Part shown: positions 23,396 to 29,761 of the stretch, one piece after another
How positions within the stretch are numbered: position 1 is the stretch's first letter
Layout of the letters: each line of letters starts with the position of its first letter
The notes under the pieces: generated by a model
Told to the model about the DNA's origin: nothing
The model's input: only the letters and a program-made list of their open reading frames with translations
The model's database searches: none
IMG/VR virus record: IMGVR_UViG_3300045988_081399
DNA length: 29,761 nt
Origin: a virus
Direction: 5' to 3' (one strand)
Translations under genes and position numbers: made by a program

Positions 23396-25219
23396 ATGTA
23401 TAATACAACAACAGCCTTAGCCTCTGCCCTGGCAACGCAGAAGCTATACACCAAGGTAGTGTACGGGTCTACGACCATCGGGGCGGAGCAGGTCAAAAAG
23501 TGCGTTTATTCCGGCTCTTTTGGCGGGATGGATACGGTGACCATTGGAGGCGTAACGGCGGCCATGGTCACGCTGACGCTGTCCGGGGCGCACAATCTGA
23601 GAGATAAGACCATCACGGTCTCTGTAGGGGCAGACGTGAGCGGAACCGTCCAGTATGTTCCGCTGGGCACCTTTGTGGTGGCCACCTGCAAACAAGTCGA
23701 TGACACCACAACGGTCACCGCCTACGACGCTGCCTATTACGCCCTGGGCGGCACCTATACGCCTACCGTGTCCTCTGGCGCTACTGTGGCGGCAGTGCTG
23801 TCCGATGTGGCTACCCAGTGCGGTCTGACCTTGGCCACGCTGCCTGCGGCGGCGTCCACGACCAACGTGGTGGGCGACCTGACCGGCAAGACCTGCCGGG
23901 ACATGGTGGGTTATCTGGCGGCGCTGGTGGGCTGTAACGCGCTCATCGACCGAGACGGTAAACTAGCCTTGCGCTGGTTTGCGGCCAGCGGCCAGAGCTA
24001 TAGCCCCAGCGACTACTACAACGCTGGTCTGTCCATTGACGGCACGTCCACCCTGGCCTGTATCCGGGCGGAGGTGGAGACGACCACCACGGACGCCGAC
24101 GGCAACACGTCCGTCACTACCAACGCATACACCGCAGGTGGCACAGGCGGCACAGGCGTGGGAATCTCCATCCAGAACCCGTACATGACCCAGGTCATAT
24201 TGGACGCCGTGTGGGCGTCCATCGGCGGGCTGGCTTATACCGTCGGCAACTGTGACATCTTCCACGGGCTTCTGACCGAGCCCGGCGACCTGGTGACCAT
24301 CACGGACAAGACGGGCGTGGCGCATACGCTGGCGGTCATGACGCTGGAACTGTCCATTGACGGCGGTTGCAAGAGCACCCTGCGGGCGACCGGTGAGAGC
24401 ACCACGGACGCCAGCGCCGCAATGCAGGGCAGTCTTGGCGGCAAGGTCAGTCAGCTGGTGGTTGACCTCGCCAAAGTCAAGCAGCTCATCATCGAAGACG
24501 TCAACGGCGTGACAAAGATTTATGGCGGGCGCATTGACACAAAGAGCCTCTTTGCCCAGGACATCACCGCCACCGGCACCATCACAGGTGCCAAACTCAT
24601 CGGTGCGATCTTGAGCGGGGAGAACATCAATATCGTATCAGAGCGTGTATACGACGACACGGACGAAGATGGGCTGCTGTATCAGCGGATATACACCCAA
24701 ACTGTCATCAAAACAGTGCAAGAACAAAACGGGGTTGATTACCTCCTCTTGAAGCAGGCGTCGGTAACAGATGATTATAACGACAATCCGCCGGTAGCGG
24801 CGACCACGCCGTATCGGACGAACATCCAATACGGGAATGGGAGCTATATCAAACTGACGAATGACGAATTATTTGTCTACACGCCACAAATTACAACGAA
24901 TTCTAGCGTTAAGTCGTACACCAGCTTTTCCGGCGGTGTAGTGTCGGACGGCACGGCGGCGGTAACCAAAAAGCTGGGAATGTGCTTTATCAACGCTGGC
25001 ATAACCTTGACTGGGCCGGTCAGCGGCTGGACGACATTGTTAGACAGTAGTAAGGTGCCGGGTCCGCAAAACGGAACGGCCATCTATGCAACACTGCCCT
25101 CCTGGAAAGCGCCCACTACCAATCCGGCCAGACTGCGTATCCCTGCCGACGGTGGATTACAGATCAATCGTGGATCCGCCAACGCCTTTTGGATCAACCT
25201 GGCCTATCCAATCAATTGA
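23396..25219 (+). CDS. Tail-tip hub / receptor-binding protein (607 aa)
   Basis: The N-terminal ~330 aa resemble phage minor structural / Tal-like N-terminal regions (..TCRDMVGYLAALVGCNALIDRDGKLALRWF..). The C-terminal ~190 aa, from about nt 24640, have visibly lower GC, as expected of an exchangeable receptor-binding domain. Confidence 0.6.
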   Translation: MYNTTTALASALATQKLYTKVVYGSTTIGAEQVKKCVYSGSFGGMDTVTIGGVTAAMVTLTLSGAHNLRDKTITVSVGADVSGTVQYVPLGTFVVATCKQVDDTTTVTAYDAAYYALGGTYTPTVSSGATVAAVLSDVATQCGLTLATLPAAASTTNVVGDLTGKTCRDMVGYLAALVGCNALIDRDGKLALRWFAASGQSYSPSDYYNAGLSIDGTSTLACIRAEVETTTTDADGNTSVTTNAYTAGGTGGTGVGISIQNPYMTQVILDAVWASIGGLAYTVGNCDIFHGLLTEPGDLVTITDKTGVAHTLAVMTLELSIDGGCKSTLRATGESTTDASAAMQGSLGGKVSQLVVDLAKVKQLIIEDVNGVTKIYGGRIDTKSLFAQDITATGTITGAKLIGAILSGENINIVSERVYDDTDEDGLLYQRIYTQTVIKTVQEQNGVDYLLLKQASVTDDYNDNPPVAATTPYRTNIQYGNGSYIKLTNDELFVYTPQITTNSSVKSYTSFSGGVVSDGTAAVTKKLGMCFINAGITLTGPVSGWTTLLDSSKVPGPQNGTAIYATLPSWKAPTTNPARLRIPADGGLQINRGSANAFWINLAYPIN

Positions 25220-25233
25220 AAAAGGAGAACAAC

Positions 25234-25671
25234 ATGAAAGAAATGATTTGTACGGGTGCGGGGCTGGTTGGTGCCGCCATCTCTGGTTTCATCGGCGGCC
25301 TGGATCTGGCGCTAAAGGCGCTTTGCATCTTCATGGCCATCGACTACATTTCCGGCTTAATCTGCGCCGGGGTGTTCCATCGCAGTCCTAAGACAGTCAA
25401 CGGGGCGCTGGAATCCAAAGCCTGCTGGAAGGGGCTGGTGCGCAAGTGTATGGCGTTGCTGATGGTGCTGGTGGCGCATCTGCTCGACCTGCTGTTGGGC
25501 ACTGCCTTCGTCAAGGACGGCGTCTGCACGGCGTTCATTGTCAGTGAGGTCATCTCCATCACGGAGAACGCTGGCCTCATGGGCGTGCCCATGCCTGCGG
25601 TGATGCAGAATGCGATCGAAATGCTCCAGAAGAAAGGAGATAACCATGGCGGCAACAGTGACGAAGATTGA
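25234..25671 (+). CDS. Holin (Phage_holin_4_1 / TcdE-like family)
   Basis: AAAGGAGA RBS precedes ATG 25234. LALKALCIFMAIDYISGLI ... SEVISITENAGLMGVPMP is the family signature. Several TM segments. Confidence 0.85.
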   Translation: MKEMICTGAGLVGAAISGFIGGLDLALKALCIFMAIDYISGLICAGVFHRSPKTVNGALESKACWKGLVRKCMALLMVLVAHLLDLLLGTAFVKDGVCTAFIVSEVISITENAGLMGVPMPAVMQNAIEMLQKKGDNHGGNSDED

Positions 25672-27040
25672 TTACCTGGCCAAGGCGGCAGAGGCAGCGG
25701 ACAAGCTCTATCCGAAGATTGTGTCCCTGCGCTGCACTCACGCCAGCGGTGCGAAGACCTACGCCCAGCTGCTGAGCGCCAAGAAGGTCACCTGCGCTTC
25801 CTCCGCCTCCATCGCCTATCAGCTGGCTGGAATCCTGGCCAGCGGCGATGTGGTCGGCCATCGGGACGCCGTGGGCGGCTCGGACGCCAACATCCTGCGC
25901 AAAAAGTCCACCGTGGCCAAGGCGATGACCGGCGTGGCCAATCTGCCTAAGGACAAGGTGGACGTGGTGTGGGTAGGGAAGAAGTACGCTGACCTGCCCG
26001 CGAAGTACCGGCAGAAGGGCGTCCTCTGCGTCCAGGACAGCAACGTCTGCATTTGCGCTGGCGGCGGTGCGATCTACAGCTGCAACGGCGCAAAGGGCAG
26101 TCAGCTGGACAGCAAGGGGCGTTACAAGGCCAACAAGATCACCAGTGGCTATGCGTTCAATTCGCCCATCCTGGTGGTGGTCGTGCCCAAAATAAAGGAG
26201 GTTCCCACAGTGACAAAACTGCATTTTATGGACGTCAGCCAGTTCAACCCGACCGTCGATTGGGCGAAGGCAACTAAGGATGTGGATGGCGTCGTCATCC
26301 GTGCCGGTTACCGCGGAACGGGCGGCGGCCTGAAGACTGACCCCATGTTCTTGAAGCACATCCAGGGCGCCATCAGCGCCGGGGTCAAGCGGATCGGCGT
26401 CTACTGGTGGACGGCGCACACCTCTGTCGCTCAGGCGGAAGGGGATGCGGCCTATCTGACGAGCTTGCTGAAGCCCTACAAGGCGCACATCAACTTCCGG
26501 GTCTGGCTGGACAGTGAACCGTCCGCCAACCCCAGCGCCTTCAACCGCCTGTCCGCTGCGGCACGGACGACCTGCGCCAAAGCGTTCCTGGCGGCTACGG
26601 CGGCGGCAGGGCATGCTGTGGGCATCTACTCCAGCGACAGCTATTTCATCAGTGGCCTGCAGTTGTCCAAGCTGTCTAGCTACCCGCTGTGGGTGGCCAA
26701 ATGGTCGGCAATCCCGCCCAAGCAGGTTAAGAACTACGTTGGCTGGCAGTACACCGACAAGGGCAAGGTGACCGGCGTGACCGGTAAGGTAGACCGGTCC
26801 TATTTCTATGAGGACTTCGCGAATAATAAGTCGATTGAGGAGGTACATGATATGGACACGCTGAGAAAAGGTGACAAGGGACAGCAGGTGCGTGCGCTGC
26901 AGAAGCTGCTGGGTGGTATCGCTGTGGATGGTGTCTTCGGCAATGCCACCAAAGCGGCGGTGGAGGCGTACCAGCGGCAGTATCAGCTGAGCGTGGATGG
27001 TGTCGTGGGGGCGAAGACTTGGGACGCGCTGCTAAAATGA
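25646..27040 (+). CDS. Three-domain endolysin: N-terminal putative Cys peptidase/amidase, central GH25 muramidase, C-terminal PG_binding_1
   Basis: AAAGGAGA RBS precedes ATG 25646, which overlaps the holin end by 26 nt. GH25 blocks: FMDVSQFNPTVDW, GVVIRAGY, VWLDSE, GIYSS, LWVAKWS, GWQYTDKGKVTGVTGKVDRSYF. C-terminal LRKGDKGQQVRALQKLL...DGVFGNATKAAVEAYQ...VDGVVGAKTWDALL is PG_binding_1. The N-terminal VTCASSASIAYQLAG resembles Amidase_5-type Cys hydrolases (low confidence). Confidence 0.9.
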   Translation: MAATVTKIDYLAKAAEAADKLYPKIVSLRCTHASGAKTYAQLLSAKKVTCASSASIAYQLAGILASGDVVGHRDAVGGSDANILRKKSTVAKAMTGVANLPKDKVDVVWVGKKYADLPAKYRQKGVLCVQDSNVCICAGGGAIYSCNGAKGSQLDSKGRYKANKITSGYAFNSPILVVVVPKIKEVPTVTKLHFMDVSQFNPTVDWAKATKDVDGVVIRAGYRGTGGGLKTDPMFLKHIQGAISAGVKRIGVYWWTAHTSVAQAEGDAAYLTSLLKPYKAHINFRVWLDSEPSANPSAFNRLSAAARTTCAKAFLAATAAAGHAVGIYSSDSYFISGLQLSKLSSYPLWVAKWSAIPPKQVKNYVGWQYTDKGKVTGVTGKVDRSYFYEDFANNKSIEEVHDMDTLRKGDKGQQVRALQKLLGGIAVDGVFGNATKAAVEAYQRQYQLSVDGVVGAKTWDALLK

Positions 27041-27058
27041 TGTGATAGACAGCAAAAA

Positions 27059-27099
27059 GCCTGGGGCGGTTCAAACTGCCCCAGGCCTTTTGTTTTTTT
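27059..27099 (+). terminator. Rho-independent terminator ending the late/lysis operon
   Basis: GCCTGGGGC (27059-27067), 10-nt loop, GCCCCAGGC (27078-27086), then CTTTTGTTTTTTT. Confidence 0.85.
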
Positions 27100-27179
27100 C
27101 AGAAGAGGAAGAATTGTAAAACATAAGCAAAGTCCGCATTTTGGAACTAAATGTCTATTATAACCGTTCGAGGTTTGAT

Positions 27180-27203
27180 TTGTCAATAGACCCTGGTTGA
27201 CAA
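27180..27203. promoter_or_regulatory. Inverted repeat TTGTCAA-N10-TTGACAA overlapping the -35 box (candidate operator)
   Basis: TTGTCAA at 27180-27186 and its exact reverse complement TTGACAA at 27197-27203. Confidence 0.5.
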
Positions 27204-27225
27204 CCGCGGCTCCGACATGTATAAT
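27197..27225 (+). promoter_or_regulatory. Consensus sigma-A/sigma-70 promoter (probable early promoter)
   Basis: TTGACA 27197-27202, exactly 17-nt spacer, TATAAT 27220-27225. Located between the late-operon terminator and the first early ORF. Confidence 0.7.
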
Positions 27226-27316
27226 CAAAAATAAGAGTAAACTTTGTTAAAGTTTTGATGATATTTTAGCAAAGTTTCGGGAGTAGGACATAAAGTTTAA
27301 TGAAAGGGGGGTATAT

Positions 27317-27946
27317 ATGGACATGTTGACACGCGAATATATCAACGAGTTGGCTGAACTGATTATCGAAATATACGACATCCGAGTTCCAATAAAGAAT
27401 ATCGATGAAATCGTAGAAAAATTAGGCGGATGCGTTGATAATGAAAAAGAAAGTCTATATGATGGGACGATTGAAAAAGTAGACCAAGATAGTTTTTGCA
27501 TTAAAGTATCCCCCTACCAAAGCGAGCGAAGGAAAAATTTTACGGTAGCGCATGAGCTGGGACATCTGTTTTTGCACATGGGTTACAAGACAAATCCACA
27601 GATTTGGGAAAGTCATGAGTCTGGGAAAAAATATCAGAGGTCTGGGACAACGGAACAGGAATATCAGGCAAATGAGTTTGCGGCATCTCTGTTGATGCCT
27701 AAAAAAAAATTCATAGCAGAGTTAATGAGGATTGCAGCTGACGTCCTGGCTGAAATCAAAGCGCTGGACCCGGACACGCGGATCACCCTGCATTACATCC
27801 GGAGCATCATCAACCAGGGCAAGGTGCCTGTCCGCAAGGCTGGCACCAAGAAGCTGGTCGATTTGGACAAGGTGCTGGAGTACCTGGCTCGCGGAGACGA
27901 AGATGAAAAGACACCAACCGGAGAAATCCGGAGAGTGGAGCTGTGA
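27317..27946 (+). CDS. Chimeric ORF: AT-rich ImmA/IrrE-type (M78) metallopeptidase N-terminal part fused in frame to a GC-rich excisionase/HTH_17-like C-terminal part
   Basis: FTVAHELGHLFLH (HExxH) and EQEYQANEFAASLLMP are ImmA/IrrE signatures. After an A9 run (27701-27709) the composition switches to GC-rich at about 27722. The rest (ITLHYIRSIINQGKVPVRKAGTKKLVDLDKVLEYL) resembles Xis/HTH_17 proteins. An in-frame ATG at 27725 could start a separate 73-aa product. Confidence 0.7.
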   Translation: MDMLTREYINELAELIIEIYDIRVPIKNIDEIVEKLGGCVDNEKESLYDGTIEKVDQDSFCIKVSPYQSERRKNFTVAHELGHLFLHMGYKTNPQIWESHESGKKYQRSGTTEQEYQANEFAASLLMPKKKFIAELMRIAADVLAEIKALDPDTRITLHYIRSIINQGKVPVRKAGTKKLVDLDKVLEYLARGDEDEKTPTGEIRRVEL

Positions 27947-28128
27947 AAGCGGCTTATGTCAGCACCTGCCCCAAATGCGAAAAATGCCGCCTATACATCC
28001 AGCGCCGCTGCAAGGGTCTGCTGGACTACCAGCGGCGGTGGTGCCCGGAGTGGATTACATCCGGGATGGTGGCGGACGCTTGGGGTCGGCGGGTGCAGAC
28101 AAGACAACTGAGGCAACGAGACAGATGA
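27943..28128 (+). CDS. Small Cys-rich hypothetical protein (61 aa)
   Basis: GTG 27943 overlaps the upstream stop (GTGA). Contains CPKCEKC...C...WCPEW. Confidence 0.45.
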   Translation: MKAAYVSTCPKCEKCRLYIQRRCKGLLDYQRRWCPEWITSGMVADAWGRRVQTRQLRQRDR

Positions 28129-28140
28129 GGAGGAAACGAA

Positions 28141-28566
28141 ATGACCATCAACGAAGCAGTAGAGCAACTGAAAGAACTGAGAAGCGCGTCGTGGAACAAC
28201 CGGGATGAATCGAGCGGAGACAGCACCAACGACGAGTATGCAACGGCGTTGGCGGACAGCGTTGCGCTGGACGTAGCGCTCAACGCCCTCACCGGGCACA
28301 CACCGGAGCCCAGTGCTGACGTGTCTCCTGCCCTGGCCAACGAGGCGCGCGCAGAACGGCTGTGGGACGATGACCGGCGTCTGTTTGTGCGCAACCTGGG
28401 TTGGCTGCTGAGCCAGACTCGGTGCGGCGTGGTGTCCTGTGAGCTGTACGGAGACCAGGACCGCGAGTATGTGATCGCGCTGTACGACCACGGCGGCAAG
28501 CGGGAGATCGACGTCACTGCGGACAGCTATTTGGCGATCATCAAGGACGTGACCAATCGGGTATAA
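28141..28566 (+). CDS. Hypothetical protein (141 aa, acidic)
   Basis: GAGGAGGAAA RBS precedes ATG 28141. No motif recognised. Confidence 0.6.
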   Translation: MTINEAVEQLKELRSASWNNRDESSGDSTNDEYATALADSVALDVALNALTGHTPEPSADVSPALANEARAERLWDDDRRLFVRNLGWLLSQTRCGVVSCELYGDQDREYVIALYDHGGKREIDVTADSYLAIIKDVTNRV

Positions 28567-28578
28567 GGAGGGATAACA

Positions 28579-28884
28579 TTGGACTACACGAAAACAGTTT
28601 TAAGGCTCCGTGACGCGGGGCAGGAAGAAGAGGCGCGCAAAGTTCTGGCCGAAGGTGTTATGTATTATTCGCGCAAGGCGGAAGGCCTGTTTAATGGGAC
28701 GCCGTATTGCGACATCCCTATTTTGGTTATGGCGGCAGAGCGGATTTGCGGGTTCTTACGCAACACGGATGGCTTTATCAATGGGCAGGCAAATGTGTTT
28801 GATGAAAGCCTTGGCGAGTATGTATCCAAATCCATCATCGCAATGACAATCGCCGGAGGGGAGGAAGAACGATGCTGGGAGTAA
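28579..28884 (+). CDS. Hypothetical protein (101 aa)
   Basis: AAGGAGGG RBS precedes TTG 28579. No motif recognised. Confidence 0.5.
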   Translation: MDYTKTVLRLRDAGQEEEARKVLAEGVMYYSRKAEGLFNGTPYCDIPILVMAAERICGFLRNTDGFINGQANVFDESLGEYVSKSIIAMTIAGGEEERCWE

Positions 28885-29081
28885 AACACACTTGCCAGTT
28901 TACGGTGGGGTTTGTGTCCAGTCTGATGGCCTTGGGAGCCGGGGTATCCGGCCTGACTATGGCGATGGAGGGCAACCACTGGCCTGGCGTTGCGATGATG
29001 GTGGCGACGGCGCTGCTGCTGAGCGTAGCAGAGGACGCCTTCGGGCGGATGCGTCAGCGAGGTGACTATCGTGGCGCGTAA
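28872..29081 (+). CDS. Small two-TM membrane protein (69 aa) with a charged C-terminus
   Basis: GGAGGGGAGGAAG lies upstream of ATG 28872. Hydrophobic stretches FTVGFVSSLMALGAGVSGLTMAM and WPGVAMMVATALLLSVA, then RMRQRGDYRGA. Confidence 0.55.
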   Translation: MLGVKHTCQFTVGFVSSLMALGAGVSGLTMAMEGNHWPGVAMMVATALLLSVAEDAFGRMRQRGDYRGA

Positions 29082-29388
29082 GCCCTGCGCCCACTGCCAG
29101 CGCCTATGGAGCACCAAAACCCTGGTGACGGTCGGCGCGGCGGAGCTGTGTCCGGTCTGCTACAAGCAGCGGAGATGGACACGGAAATTGTGGCCGTGCA
29201 GAGACTGCACGTTTGAGACGGACAGGACGCTGGTCTGCCACGACAAGTGCCCGCGGTACGCAATGCACCGTGCCCTCATTTGGGCGGGTAAGCCCAGCAA
29301 GGGTGACCGGGCGGCAGCAGAGGTGACGCTGGAGGGCAAATTGCGGAGTATCCGGCACAGAGGAACCGGTAAGATTATTCAAATATAG
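29071..29388 (+). CDS. Cys-rich zinc-ribbon-like hypothetical protein (~105 aa)
   Basis: GAGGTGA 29058-29064 lies 6 nt before GTG 29071; the tracked start GTG 29062 is an in-frame alternative. Contains CAHC, CPVC, CRDC and CHDKC pairs. Confidence 0.5.
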   Translation: MARKPCAHCQRLWSTKTLVTVGAAELCPVCYKQRRWTRKLWPCRDCTFETDRTLVCHDKCPRYAMHRALIWAGKPSKGDRAAAEVTLEGKLRSIRHRGTGKIIQI

Positions 29389-29400
29389 GAGGCGTCTAAC

Positions 29401-29761
29401 ATGATCGAGTGCAACCACAACTGCCTGGAGTGCCCATATCCTGACGTGCCGGAGGAGTGCCTGGAGGCGGCTCTGACATGGGATGAGTACAAAGAGCTCG
29501 ACGTCATCGACAAGGACATTATCAACCCAAAGACGGCAAAACAAAAAGCAGTCGCCGCCTGGCAGAAGGCGTGGTACGAGGCGAACAAGGACAGAGTCGC
29601 TGCCCGGCAGAAGGCATGGTACGAGGCGAACAAGGACAGAGTCGCTGCCCGGCAGAAGGCGTGGTACGAGGCGAACAAGGACAGAGTCGCTGCCCAGAAG
29701 AAGGCATGGTACGAGGCGAACAAGGACAGAGTCGCTGCCCAGAAGAAGGCATGGTACGAGG
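29401..29761 (+). CDS. 5' part of the junction-spanning regulator gene: zinc-ribbon-like N-terminus followed by 15-aa tandem repeats (continues at nt 41 of the window)
   Basis: AGGAGG 29387-29392 lies 8 nt before ATG 29401. The ORF has no stop before the window end and so is absent from the ORF track. It reads MIECNHNCLECPYPDVPEEC...KQKAV, then AAWQKAWYEANKDRV-type repeats. Confidence 0.8.
   Translation, partial: MIECNHNCLECPYPDVPEECLEAALTWDEYKELDVIDKDIINPKTAKQKAVAAWQKAWYEANKDRVAARQKAWYEANKDRVAARQKAWYEANKDRVAAQKKAWYEANKDRVAAQKKAWYE
29554..29761. repeat. 45-bp tandem repeat array, 5' block (R1 29554-29598, R2 29599-29643, R3 29644-29688, R4 29689-29733, R5 from 29734)
   Basis: The period of 45 nt was confirmed by position (ggcagaaggc at 29561 and 29606). 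R2 and R3 differ at one nt. The 41-mer caaggacagagtcgctgcccagaagaaggcatggtacgagg occurs at 29676-29716, 29721-29761 and 1-41. Confidence 0.9.

Larger units (their letters stand above)
1..29761 (+). mobile_element. Complete tailed-phage genome (siphovirus-like gene order); circularly closed contig with a 41-nt terminal self-overlap, unique length about 29,720 bp
   Basis: Replication, packaging, head, tail and lysis modules are in canonical order, all on the + strand. nt 1-41 are identical to nt 29721-29761. One ORF crosses the junction in phase. Confidence 0.85.

Noticed and set aside
23396-25219. Diversity-generating retroelement targeting the receptor-binding protein
   Set aside because: No reverse transcriptase gene is present, and I found no template/variable repeat pair with adenine-specific differences anywhere in the window.
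29410-29433. CX3CX2C (CNHNCLEC) as a radical-SAM cluster motif
   Set aside because: The N-terminal domain is only ~51 aa, with no TIM-barrel-sized region or SAM-binding motifs. It is more likely a small zinc ribbon.
29379-29752. Minus-strand ORFs 29379..29723 and 29522..29752 with repetitive translations
   Set aside because: They are antisense shadows of the tandem repeat array, with no RBS or partner genes on that strand.
29554-29761. Possible CRISPR array or direct terminal repeat
   Set aside because: The repeats are contiguous 45-mers with no spacers and lie in an open reading frame. There are no cas genes. The terminal identity is only 41 nt and lies inside the array.

Overview
The window reads as one complete, circularly closed (or terminally redundant) ~29.72-kb genome of a siphovirus-type tailed dsDNA phage. 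The host is probably a Gram-positive, fairly GC-rich (Clostridia-like) bacterium. nt 1-41 repeat nt 29721-29761, and one gene runs across that junction in phase. All supported genes (about 47) are on the + strand, tightly packed and often translationally coupled (ATGA/TAATG overlaps, AGGAGG-type RBS). Gene order: (1) a consensus early promoter and an ImmA-like/Xis-like chimeric ORF at 27.2-27.9 kb; (2) small Cys-rich or unknown early genes; (3) the junction-spanning zinc-ribbon / tandem-repeat / XRE-HTH protein; (4) a recombination-replication module: DUF1351-like, RecT, MBL-fold hydrolase, SSB, DnaD-like initiator with internal iterons, small methyltransferase, RusA, MazG; (5) small regulators and a RinA-like late regulator; (6) a 413-nt structured leader with a degenerate tRNA-like element and tandem terminators; (7) TerS, TerL, SPP1-type portal, and a MuF-type minor head protein with a compositionally foreign C-terminal extension; (8) scaffold, P22-coat-like major capsid, connectors, tail tube, G/T chaperones, a ~1210-aa tape measure and two tail-tip genes; (9) holin and a three-domain endolysin. 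I saw no integrase, partition system, divergent CI/Cro switch, CRISPR array, reverse transcriptase or transposase. Three sharply AT-rich islands (about 6.87-7.07, 13.73-14.51 and 27.10-27.72 kb) interrupt the GC-rich backbone and carry the most unusual cargo. All family names come from motif recognition by eye; no database search or computation beyond hand counting was possible.
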